Shown: positions 30,516 to 41,286 of the stretch, piece by piece
Layout of the letters: every line of letters starts with the position of its first letter
Numbering within the stretch: position 1 is the stretch's first letter
Assembly (NCBI GenBank): GCA_963741945.1
Contig: CAVUKA010000001.1
Coordinates: 1,248,001-1,312,000 of the forward strand
Reading direction: 5' to 3'
From: an uncultured Gemmatimonadales bacterium
Lineage (GTDB): Bacteria; Gemmatimonadota; Gemmatimonadetes; Longimicrobiales; RSA9
Length of the DNA stretch: 64,000 nt
Notes under the pieces: generated by a model
The model's input: the letters and a program-made list of their open reading frames with translations, nothing else
The model's database searches: none
What the model was told of the DNA's origin: nothing
Translations under genes and position numbers: made by a program

Positions 30516-32330
30516 TCAGTAGCCGCGCGGCTCGCCATCGTGGCGAGGGTCGGACACGGCGATCCAGCCATCGGGGCCGCGGACGATGACGTAGAGGCGC
30601 GCGTACTCCGGGCTGGGGGGCACGACTTCGTAGCCCTGCTCGCGGACCGCATGCAGGAGCGCGGGTGGGAAGCCGTGCTCGAGCTGCACCTGACGGCTGG
30701 AGCGCGAGGGGAAGATGCGGGGCATGAGGACGGCGTCGAGCGGATCGAGACCGTAATCGAGAATGTAGACCATGACCTGGACGATCTCGGTGGGGATGCG
30801 CCCGCCGCCGGGAGCGCCGATGACCATGCGGACGCTGTCGGCGTCCAGGACCAGTGTGGGCGCGATGGTGCTGATACGGGTGCGCCAGGGGCTGAGGTGC
30901 GGCATCGCGAGAATGCGGTCCGTGAACCTGAATCCGGAATCATTGAGGAAGAAGCCGTCGACCCAGGCACCGGAGCCGAAGACGCTGCTGTTGGTCTGCG
31001 TGAGCGCCACCGCGTTGCCTTCCGCGTCGATCACGGACATGTGGGTGGTTTCGCCACCCTGGTTGCCGCCGTCGACTGCCGGGCTGTTCGTGGGGGCGGC
31101 GACGACGGGGTGGGCAGCGCCATACGGCTGGAACGCACGGCAGCTCGGGGCAGCAGGGAGCGTGTCGAAGGCGGTCGGATCACCAGGCCGGATCGAGTCG
31201 GTCGGGTGTCCGGTGCCGACCAGGGACTCGCGAGCGACGGCGTAGGCGCTGGAGACCACGCCGGCGGCCGGCACCGGAGCCCAGTCCGGATCGTCGTTTA
31301 CGCGAGCGTCCGCCATGCCGACGCGGAGTGCCGAGGCAAGGACATCGAACGCCTCGGCGGAGCGAGTCGGGAGCCCGAGGGCGCGGAGGTCGAACGGCTC
31401 GAGCAACTCGAGGGTGTGAAGCACCTGAAGGCCCGTCTGGGGCGGCGCCGCCGAGAGGAGGACGTGCCCGCGGTAGTCCGCGCACAGCGGCCGCAGCCAG
31501 CGGGTGCGGAAGCGGGCGAGGTCGGCGGCACGAGCGGGATGGCCGCCGGCGTTCAGCGTGGCGACCAGGTCCTCGGCGATGCGGCCGGCGTAAAACGCGT
31601 CGCGGCCGCCCGCGGCGACGGCGCGCAGCGAGGCGGCAAGGTCGGGATTGCGCATCCAGGCCCCGGCGGGCAGGGGTCGCCCATCGGGCCAGAAGCGGGC
31701 CCAGGCTTCGGGTGAGCGACGCAGCTTGGTCGAGTCGGCGGCGATCATGCGCGCCAGGATCTGACCGATCGGGAACCCGTTCTCGGCCAGCCGGATCGCC
31801 GGAGCCATCACGCGCTCCCTCGACAGCCGGCCGAAACGCTGCTGGAGCTCGAGCAGCCCGGCAACGTCGCCGGGAAGTCCGACCACGCGAAGATCGGGCG
31901 AGCCCGGGACGTCCGTGTTCCCCTCGAATTCGGGAGCGTACTGCGCGGCGTAGAAGTCGAGATCGTACGCCTTCCGCTCGTTCGCCATCCAGACCACCGC
32001 CGCGCCGCCACCACCCAGCCCCGACATCTGCGGCTCCACCACGCCGATGGCGAACGCGGTCGCCACGGCGGCGTCGACAGCATTGCCGCCCGCGCGCAGG
32101 ATCTCGACACCGGCCTCGCTCGCCAGCGCATTGGCGGAGGCCACGGCGCCACGCGGCGCCACGATGCGGTGGCCCAGGTCGGCCGCCGGCCCGCGCCAGC
32201 CCTGGTCCACAACCGGAGCGCGGCGCCCCTGGTCCGGAACCGCCGGCGTCGTCGCCGCCGGCCGCGCGACATGGGCGCAGCCGGTCGCGGCGATCAGCGC
32301 CGCAAAGGCAATCTGTCGTAGACTCGCCAT
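30516..32330 (-). CDS. ggt: Gamma-glutamyltransferase family lipoprotein
   Basis: GGNAVDAAVA, EPQMSGLGGG, autocleavage ETTHMSV, GAPGG; lipobox ATGC. Confidence 0.88.
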   Translation of the reverse strand: MASLRQIAFAALIAATGCAHVARPAATTPAVPDQGRRAPVVDQGWRGPAADLGHRIVAPRGAVASANALASEAGVEILRAGGNAVDAAVATAFAIGVVEPQMSGLGGGGAAVVWMANERKAYDLDFYAAQYAPEFEGNTDVPGSPDLRVVGLPGDVAGLLELQQRFGRLSRERVMAPAIRLAENGFPIGQILARMIAADSTKLRRSPEAWARFWPDGRPLPAGAWMRNPDLAASLRAVAAGGRDAFYAGRIAEDLVATLNAGGHPARAADLARFRTRWLRPLCADYRGHVLLSAAPPQTGLQVLHTLELLEPFDLRALGLPTRSAEAFDVLASALRVGMADARVNDDPDWAPVPAAGVVSSAYAVARESLVGTGHPTDSIRPGDPTAFDTLPAAPSCRAFQPYGAAHPVVAAPTNSPAVDGGNQGGETTHMSVIDAEGNAVALTQTNSSVFGSGAWVDGFFLNDSGFRFTDRILAMPHLSPWRTRISTIAPTLVLDADSVRMVIGAPGGGRIPTEIVQVMVYILDYGLDPLDAVLMPRIFPSRSSRQVQLEHGFPPALLHAVREQGYEVVPPSPEYARLYVIVRGPDGWIAVSDPRHDGEPRGY

Positions 32331-32607
32331 GATCCTGTCGGTGGAGGAACCAGTCGGGAACGCCACGCACGAGCGTCCCTCGCCCGGCATCCACGGTGGC
32401 GGGCGCTCCTCCCGCCTATCCGCCGCCCGCCGGCACGCACGGCCCAGTCTACGGGATCGTTCGCCCGCTCGACAGGGAGGCCCCACGGGAGCCCCGGCGG
32501 GCGCCGGAAAGGCCTGGCTCAGCTGGCCATGGCAGCTGTCGACGGGGGCGCAGGCAAAGCCATGGCCGCGAACACCGCGTGCACCTGAGCGCCGTCGCCC
32601 CGCCGGT

Positions 32608-32967
32608 TCAGTAGTCGTGCGTCCCCACGCTCACCGGGACCCCGTACTTCTCCTCGATCTTCGCGCTGATCCCCTCGATGTTCATCGGGCAGTTCATCAG
32701 CGCTTTCGCCTTCTTGACACAGGTGCCGAAGTAGATGGCGTCCACCTGCTCGCCCAGATCCTCCAGCACGACCATCTGCAGGTCCACCTTGGGAAGGACC
32801 AGCCCCGGGCAGTCGCCGCACGCGGTCTTGAAAACGACCCGGACGTCCTCGTCCAGACCGGCGAACGCGTGGGTGCGATGGTTCACCGCCTTGTAGCACT
32901 TGGCGCAACCCACGCAGCTCGAGTCCTGAATCTTCCTGCAGTAGATGATCCCGATCCGTGTGGCCAT
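32608..32967 (-). CDS. CGGC domain-containing Cys-rich protein
   Basis: IGIIYC..CVGCAKC..TACGDCPG..FGTC..CP..GTH; GGAGGGAG RBS. Confidence 0.85.
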   Translation of the reverse strand: MATRIGIIYCRKIQDSSCVGCAKCYKAVNHRTHAFAGLDEDVRVVFKTACGDCPGLVLPKVDLQMVVLEDLGEQVDAIYFGTCVKKAKALMNCPMNIEGISAKIEEKYGVPVSVGTHDY

Positions 32968-32980
32968 TCTCCCTCCCGTT

Positions 32981-33165
32981 CTATGCGCCCGCCACGCTCG
33001 GCGGCGGCACGCGCGCCAGCTCGCCGTGAGTCAGCAGCCCGACGCCTGGCGCACCGTGATGTCCGAAGGACACCGGTACATCTCGATGCCCGGCACCGCC
33101 AGTGCCCCCCCGGGTGTTGGGGCCGAAGTCGGCGGCGATGCAGCCGCCAGGCCGATTGTGCTCAT
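32981..33165 (-). pseudogene. Degraded NifB/NifX (MTH1175-like) FeMo-cofactor-binding family gene remnant
   Basis: AGGAGG+ATG; stitched frames give MSTIGLAA / CIAADFGPNT / GALAVPGIEMYRCPSDITVRQA / VGLLTHGELARV. Confidence 0.55.
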
Positions 33166-33430
33166 GATGCCCTCCTGTTCCGGTACGCACTCCGCCGCCC
33201 CACCCCTGCCCGGGTGCCCGGAGGTTCGAGGGTGGGCCGAGGGTGCCTGAAAAGCGACCACTCGTGGCAACCCTTGGTTCGACATTGGTCAGCACCGTCG
33301 ACTATCGCGTGATCGAACGACGGTGATGGAGACGGCATCATGAACGAACGGTGAAAGCAAGGCGCCGATTGGTCGCGAACCGGGGCTGTGCGGCCCCGAA
33401 GCGGGCCCGGAAGCCGGCCCGTTGCCGGGT

Positions 33431-34816
33431 TCAGGAGCTGTTCGGGACTGCCTCGAACGTCACATCGAAGCGCACGTCTTCCATCACTCGGCGGTGGTTG
33501 CCGGGCACGAACTCGAGGCTCCAGCCGCTGCCGGTCAGCTTGCCGCGGAGCGCCCCGCCGCCCGCCGCCCGCACCTCCAGCGTCCCGCTCTTGAGGACGG
33601 CGACGCGGTGGATGGCTCCGTGCGCGGGGTCGACGACGAGGTACAGGACGCTCGCCGCTCCGGGATCGGCCGAGTCGGGTGGAGCGGTGGGCTGAAGGGC
33701 GGCCACGGGCGTGACAGCGCGGCCGGGGCCATCCGCCGGCAGTCCGATGACCAGGCATTCTGTCGTCTTGCCGATGCTCCCCATGACGAGCTGCTTCCGG
33801 CCGTCTTCGCCGACACCGGCCGGGGCGAAGGCGCTCCCCGACGCGGTGATCGACACCGGCCCCGACGTCTTCAGCTTGAACGAGCCGCCCTCCCCATCCA
33901 GTCCCCGCGTGCAAAGCGTCGCGGCCCGATGGAGGCCCTGCTGCACCAGCTCGGAGCGGACCTTGGAGAGACGGGGAAGCCTTTCGTATGTCTTCGCCGA
34001 GGGGGCCGAGCCGTCGGACTCGATCGAGTCGACCATGATCGTCCGGGTCAGGTAGCCCCCGCCGTAGGGTCTGCCCGCGGTCGCGTCGCCGGCGACGACC
34101 AGGGAATCCGACACCTCGGCCCGGAGCAGGAGCCCGAGCTTCTCCAGCCGGGGGCCCAGAGCGAGCGCCACGCGGCTCGCCACCCCGGGCATCCACTCCG
34201 AGAGTGGCACGGCCTCGGGACTCTCACGGGGGGTAGCCGCCATCGGCAGCCATGAGAAAGGCAGGTCGCCGGCGAAGTACAGGTCGGAGCGGCCGGTCGC
34301 GCGGAAGGGGACCGCCGCGCCGGTCCCGTCCTCGCTCCTCCACCAGCTCTTCACCTGTACCACCGCGTGGCGGGTGGCGTGACCCTCGATGGACGGGCCG
34401 GCGCCGGCGTCGGTCAGGCCGAAGCGGAGCGAGTCGAGTATGGCCTGGCCGGAGTCCGCGACGGGCGACCAGGTCCGGTAGCCGGCGGCGCTGTCCGGAG
34501 CGAGCCGCCAGGCGTCGGCCAGGTAGGCGGGCCGACCCGCGAACGAGACGGTCGTGGCCGGAGCGCCGCCCACGGCGGCTCCATCGAGGAGCTGCGTCTT
34601 CCCGGTCGCGGTGCGCATCGCTCCCAGCTCTGGACCCGTCACGCCCCACCACGTCTCGCGGCCGCCATCTCGCTCCAAGTGCATCTGGTAGGCGACGGCG
34701 GCCTGCCCCGAGGGGGGCGCCTGCGCGCAGGCCGCCCCGCCTACGGTGAGGAGGAGCGCCGGGACAAGCACGCGCACGACGGGGACGCGGCGGCCGGCGA
34801 GCCTCGATCCCTGCAT
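33431..34816 (-). CDS. Hypothetical exported protein, co-transcribed with the OmpA-domain gene
   Basis: GGAGG RBS; starts 1 nt after the upstream stop; N-terminal hydrophobic segment ending GAAC. Confidence 0.65.
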   Translation of the reverse strand: MQGSRLAGRRVPVVRVLVPALLLTVGGAACAQAPPSGQAAVAYQMHLERDGGRETWWGVTGPELGAMRTATGKTQLLDGAAVGGAPATTVSFAGRPAYLADAWRLAPDSAAGYRTWSPVADSGQAILDSLRFGLTDAGAGPSIEGHATRHAVVQVKSWWRSEDGTGAAVPFRATGRSDLYFAGDLPFSWLPMAATPRESPEAVPLSEWMPGVASRVALALGPRLEKLGLLLRAEVSDSLVVAGDATAGRPYGGGYLTRTIMVDSIESDGSAPSAKTYERLPRLSKVRSELVQQGLHRAATLCTRGLDGEGGSFKLKTSGPVSITASGSAFAPAGVGEDGRKQLVMGSIGKTTECLVIGLPADGPGRAVTPVAALQPTAPPDSADPGAASVLYLVVDPAHGAIHRVAVLKSGTLEVRAAGGGALRGKLTGSGWSLEFVPGNHRRVMEDVRFDVTFEAVPNSS

Positions 34817-34817
34817 C

Positions 34818-36923
34818 TCACCGGCCTCCGTTCATGATGAAGGCCACCGGCAGCACGCGGCTGTGGGCGGCCTCCTCATGGTTCTCCGCGGTCACGACCA
34901 GGTACAGGACCGATTGCCGCCTCCAGTCCACCTTGGCCCGGCCGAAGACGACACCCGTCGAGGCGATGGCGCGGGCATCCGCCAGGAACTGGTCTCCAGG
35001 GACGAACTGGTCCCCCGGCACGAACTGGTCCCCCGGCACGAACTGGTCTCCAGGGACGAACTGGTCTCCCGGGACGTACTGGTCCCCCGGGAGGCGGTTC
35101 GACCCCGGACGCAACGGAAACCACTTGGACGGCCACGCCTCGTGCATCCGCCCCGCGGCGATGACGATGGCCACCACTCGAGCCCGGGTCTCGCGTTCCC
35201 CGGAGAGATCGATGACGAGTCCTTTCGCCAGGGTCTCGCGGACATCCAGAGGCCGCTCCCCGGAGGCGATGGCGCTCCGAGCGGTGGCGGTAAGACCGAG
35301 CCGGATCGTGGGCGCCGGCGCCGGAGTGGGTCGACGCGGGCTCGAAGGAGGATCGTACCAACCAGCCCGATCCGACGGACCCGATGCCGGCATGGAAGTG
35401 GGGGCAGGGACCATCTCCGGTGGCCACTCGTGCGGGGCACCCCTCGCCATGTCCTCCGCGGCGGCCGAACCCGGGCTCCCCCCTCCCTGCCCCTCCAGCC
35501 GCACGAGCTCCACGCGCCGGTTCTGCTGGCGGCCCTCCGGGGTGCCGTTGTCGGCCACGGGCTTCGTCTCGCCGAAGCCGGTGGTCTCCAGGCGGGAGGG
35601 GTCGATCTCGTCCTGCTCGGTGAGGTAGTCCCGCACCGCCCCGGCGCGGCGCTCGGAGAGGTCCTGGTTGGAGGCCCCGTCCCCCGTGCTGTCGGTGTGC
35701 CCTTCGATCGACAGCCGGAGGTCCGGGTGGTCGCGCAGCATGGCCGCGATCTCCTCGAGGGTCGGTGTCGACTCCGGCCGGATGCGGGCGCCGTTCACCG
35801 CGAACAGGATCCCGTGCGTCGCCACCCGGCCCTTTTCGGCGAGGACGTCGTAGAGGTCCCTCCCCCCGGCGGCGACACGGATGGGCCCCACGTACATGGG
35901 GTTCTTGTCGTCGGCGAAGTAGACGTTCTCCAGGTACAGCGAATTGCCCCGATGCAGCTCGGCGTTGGGCACGTTGGCGACGCGCCGGGAGCCGACGTAG
36001 ACCTTGGCGTACCGATCGTCGACCATGATGCGGACGGGGACGAGCTTCTGGCCCACGTCCGGGGTCTTGTTCAGGGACTGGACGCCTCCCTTGTCGTTCG
36101 ACAGCACGCCGGTGCCCTGCACCACGGCCACCTGGAAGACGTTGCCTGGCACCCGGTTGAACCGCTCACCCGGCGAGGGGGGCGAGGGCGCGAGAACCAG
36201 CCGCTGGTTCTCGTGCGTGAAGTAAGCGTCGAACTCGATCGTGAAACGGGCGGGAAGCGAGTCGCCGATCGGCACCTCGATCGCCGATCCGCGGGGCCCG
36301 GTGTTCCTCAGGAGACGGCGGCCGCGCCACTCGACCAACTCCCAGTTTCCCTTCCGGAACGTGAGCCTCCGGGGGAAGTCGCCGACCTGGTCGTCGCTGT
36401 AGTCGTCGTAGAAGAGGACGCGGTCCCCGGGGACGAAGTCGTAGTTGGTCCACACGCCCGTGTTCGGAGCCGCGGTCTCTTCCCCGCTTGCCGCGTCGGC
36501 GGCCTGGTCCGCGTCGGTGATCGGCTTGCCGTCGTCGTCGGTGAGGACGTTGCCCTGGTCGTCCGTGTAGACGACATCCTGACCGCTGGCCTCGGCCTGC
36601 TGAACGCACACCGGATCGTCGAACACGCACTGCACTGCGTGGCTGATGAGACGGTCGATCTGGTTCTCCGTCTCGTTCTCGAGGGCGTTCTTGGCGCGCT
36701 CTTTGAGATGCTTCAAGAGCTGGGCGTGACCCGGCGCTGGAAGGGCGATCAGTACCACCGCGCCGAGGATCGCGACCATCCACCGGAGCCGCCGCCCACC
36801 CCCGCGCTCCGGCGACCCGGGTCGTGAATGCGCGGTCCGTTCCGCTCTTCGGCGCCCATCGAGATGGCTGTCCGGACCTCTGTCGGTCTGGTCGAGCGTG
36901 CGTGCGATCCGATCGGGTTCCAT
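34818..36923 (-). CDS. OmpA-C (peptidoglycan-binding) domain protein with C-terminal extension containing PGDQFV repeats
   Basis: AAGGAG RBS; YDFVPGDRVLFYDD; IEGHTD..NQDLSERRA..NRRVE. Confidence 0.85.
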   Translation of the reverse strand: MEPDRIARTLDQTDRGPDSHLDGRRRAERTAHSRPGSPERGGGRRLRWMVAILGAVVLIALPAPGHAQLLKHLKERAKNALENETENQIDRLISHAVQCVFDDPVCVQQAEASGQDVVYTDDQGNVLTDDDGKPITDADQAADAASGEETAAPNTGVWTNYDFVPGDRVLFYDDYSDDQVGDFPRRLTFRKGNWELVEWRGRRLLRNTGPRGSAIEVPIGDSLPARFTIEFDAYFTHENQRLVLAPSPPSPGERFNRVPGNVFQVAVVQGTGVLSNDKGGVQSLNKTPDVGQKLVPVRIMVDDRYAKVYVGSRRVANVPNAELHRGNSLYLENVYFADDKNPMYVGPIRVAAGGRDLYDVLAEKGRVATHGILFAVNGARIRPESTPTLEEIAAMLRDHPDLRLSIEGHTDSTGDGASNQDLSERRAGAVRDYLTEQDEIDPSRLETTGFGETKPVADNGTPEGRQQNRRVELVRLEGQGGGSPGSAAAEDMARGAPHEWPPEMVPAPTSMPASGPSDRAGWYDPPSSPRRPTPAPAPTIRLGLTATARSAIASGERPLDVRETLAKGLVIDLSGERETRARVVAIVIAAGRMHEAWPSKWFPLRPGSNRLPGDQYVPGDQFVPGDQFVPGDQFVPGDQFVPGDQFLADARAIASTGVVFGRAKVDWRRQSVLYLVVTAENHEEAAHSRVLPVAFIMNGGR
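34986..35093. repeat. 18-nt coding tandem repeat x6 encoding (V/L)PGDQ(F/Y)
   Basis: GAACTGGTCYCCNGGSAC-like units varying mostly at synonymous positions. Confidence 0.9.
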
Positions 36924-37159
36924 GGCTTTCTCCTTCGCTCCGGAAAACGGGCAGCGGCTGTATCGCGCTCGTAAGCTAGGTCCGGATTCTTTGCTCGCGG
37001 TCGCGTGTCTCTTAGGCTCCGTCTAAGAAGACCGGGGCCACGGCGCCAGGCAGCGGGTCGGGGCGGCACGGAGGCGCTGGCGGCGCTCGCGCGAGCGATG
37101 GAGATGAGGCCCGGCTGGGCCGATGCGCACAACGGGCGGAGCTGGTGGTCGTCAGCTCA

Positions 37160-39141
<1,982 letters not shown>

Positions 39142-39384
39142 TCACACCGACGCTAGCGGAAGCGCAGCCCACACGTCAACCCACGGGCGACCCCGGGGGC
39201 GGCCAGGGCCGCGCCGGCGGCCGACGGACCCGGTCCCGCATCAGCGGATCCGCGCACGAGAGAATCGAGGGATCGTATCGGCGCCATCGCCCCGTCCCGT
39301 TCCGCTATGGATGGGCCCCTTATCATGGAGCACCCTCGGTCGCGAAGGGTCGGCCGGCGCCCAACGCGAACCAAGGAGGAAGAG

Positions 39385-39579
39385 ATGAGAAAGCTGATCC
39401 TGACCGTCGCCCTGTCGACCGGGGCGATCGCGGCCGCAGCCCCGCCGCTCCACGCGGAGTGCACGGCGAACTACGTGCGGTGCCTGAATGACACGTGGTA
39501 TTACTCGGGGATGCTGAAGAAGATGGCCGACGTCAGCTGCTTTGCGAGCTACGTCGGCTGTCTGCGTCGATCCGTGTAA
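39385..39579 (+). CDS. Small secreted 4-Cys peptide (64 aa precursor)
   Basis: AAGGAGG RBS; signal peptide ending LHA; mature [10 protein letters not shown]...[13 protein letters not shown]. Confidence 0.75.
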   Translation: MRKLILTVALSTGAIAAAAPPLHAECTANYVRCLNDTWYYSGMLKKMADVSCFASYVGCLRRSV

Positions 39580-39599
39580 CGAGTGAAGGAGCGATGATC

Positions 39600-40673
39600 A
39601 TGCGCCGGTCGGCCCTTCTCCCGGTCTTCCTTCAGCTCGCCCTGCCGGGGTGCGGCGGGGGGGACCCGGGCTACACGGTGATCGATGGCTTCCGCGAGCG
39701 GGCGGCCCCGCTCGCGTGTGCAGCCATCGAGCGGGTGCGCGGGTATGCGGTGACGGAGATCCGATCCGCCACCGATTCGACATGGACGGTGCTGGACGAA
39801 GCGCAGCGGCTCGTGGCGCTGTTCGACGAGGACATGCGCCGGATCTGGGAAGTGCATTATCCTGCGGTGGGGCCCGGCGCCGTGGAGAGCGCGGTGAGCG
39901 CGGTCCCCCTCGGAGACAGCGCGGTGGCGATCGCGGCGCGGGGGAACCTCAGGCTGGTGGTTCTTTCGCTGCGGGGTGAAGAGCGAGGCACCACGCCGCT
40001 GGACTTCGTGCCCGCCTCGCTGGCCGCGCCAGGGGATGGCAGCCTGCTGGTGACGGCGATGCCGATCGGCCCCTCGCCACCGACCCTGCTGATGCGGTGG
40101 CAGCGCGACTCGCTCACGCCGGTGCCGATCGCAAAGCGGAAGTACCCCGACATGATCGTCGCCTCGCTCGGCAACACTGCGCTGGTGGAGACGCTGGCGG
40201 ACGGGAGCGCGCTGGTGGTGCACCAGTTCTTCGCGCCCAGGGCGTTCGCCCTGTCGCCGAGCGGCGCCATCGAGGCGCTCTCCCTGCCTACCCCGGACCT
40301 GACGCGGGACCGGATCCACTTCATCCCCACGCCCCCGGTCACGGAGCGCCAGATGCTGCAGATGCTGGTTCCCGCCATCGCCATGACCGTCGACCGGGGC
40401 GCGGCGGAGGTGTACGTCATGACGCGCACGGAGCGGCTGTCGGGGTCGCGTCCGCAGCGGGCCATCCTCCGACTGGACCGCCGGCTGCGTTTTCTCCAGG
40501 GCTTCATCACGGACATCCCTGCCGCCGCGATGGTGTACCTCCCGCGCCGGCACACCCTGCTCCTTGTGGACGACGAGGATCGATTCCATGCCTGCACCAT
40601 CCAGCCCGCCGCTTCGACCCCGCCTGTCGCTCGCGAGCCTCGAGGTGCGCAGGGGCCCGAATCCCGTGGTTGA
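39600..40673 (+). CDS. Beta-propeller lipoprotein (6-bladed propeller-like)
   Basis: AAGGAG RBS; lipobox LPGC; blade pattern WTVLD..RLVALFD..GPGAV.. Confidence 0.7.
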   Translation: MRRSALLPVFLQLALPGCGGGDPGYTVIDGFRERAAPLACAAIERVRGYAVTEIRSATDSTWTVLDEAQRLVALFDEDMRRIWEVHYPAVGPGAVESAVSAVPLGDSAVAIAARGNLRLVVLSLRGEERGTTPLDFVPASLAAPGDGSLLVTAMPIGPSPPTLLMRWQRDSLTPVPIAKRKYPDMIVASLGNTALVETLADGSALVVHQFFAPRAFALSPSGAIEALSLPTPDLTRDRIHFIPTPPVTERQMLQMLVPAIAMTVDRGAAEVYVMTRTERLSGSRPQRAILRLDRRLRFLQGFITDIPAAAMVYLPRRHTLLLVDDEDRFHACTIQPAASTPPVAREPRGAQGPESRG

Positions 40674-41286
40674 CGGACTCACGCTGGAGATCCGGCCGGG
40701 ACGCATCTTCTGGATCGTGGGGCCGAACGGCGCGGGGAAATCGAGCCTTCTGCGCGTGATTGCCGGACTGGACCGGCCGCGCGCGGGTCTGGTGCGACGC
40801 GCCCCGGCGGACGCGCGGGCATGGCGCTACTTCTCGTCGGAGATGGCGCTCCCCGCAAGCGTTGCCCCGGCGGACTGGGACCGTCTGATCCGGCGCCTGA
40901 TGGGAGCGCACGGCGGCCGCGGCACGCTCTGGCCCCGGGTGTCGGAACGGCGACGGGTGTCGCGGCTGTCCACGGGCGAGCGCAAGCGGCTGCTCCTGGA
41001 CGCGCTGCTCCGGCTGGACGGCCCGCTCCTGCTGGACGAGCCGCTGGAGCACCTGTCGCCCGACGGCAAGCGGGAGCTGCTCCGACTGCTGGAGGCCCGG
41101 GCGCGCGACCACGTGGTGGTGGTCGCCACGAACCAGGCCACGGAGCGCGCCCGCGCCGACGGCGGCATCCGCCTGGAGGGCGGGCAGACGGAGCACTTCG
41201 GCGTCACGGGAGCTGCCGTGAGCGCCGGGGCGCCCGGAGCCGGCGCCGCGCCCGGCGTCGGCGGAGATGCGGAGGTGCGGCCGTGA
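40588..41286 (+). CDS. ABC ATP-binding protein with atypical D- and H-loops
   Basis: GPNGAGKS, LSTGE, LLLDEP; ATNQ in place of the switch His; start uncertain. Confidence 0.85.
   Translation: MPAPSSPPLRPRLSLASLEVRRGPNPVVDGLTLEIRPGRIFWIVGPNGAGKSSLLRVIAGLDRPRAGLVRRAPADARAWRYFSSEMALPASVAPADWDRLIRRLMGAHGGRGTLWPRVSERRRVSRLSTGERKRLLLDALLRLDGPLLLDEPLEHLSPDGKRELLRLLEARARDHVVVVATNQATERARADGGIRLEGGQTEHFGVTGAAVSAGAPGAGAAPGVGGDAEVRP

Noticed and set aside
32608-33165. In-frame TGC-TGA (Cys-Sec?) readthrough from the 33165 ORF into the CGGC gene
   Set aside because: The readthrough linker (LTASWRACRRRAWRAH) looks non-coding, the CGGC gene has its own RBS, no SECIS hairpin is evident, and a frameshifted NifX-like remnant explains the sequence better.
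34986-35093. Possible CRISPR or non-coding repeat
   Set aside because: No spacers; variation is mostly synonymous within a coding frame.
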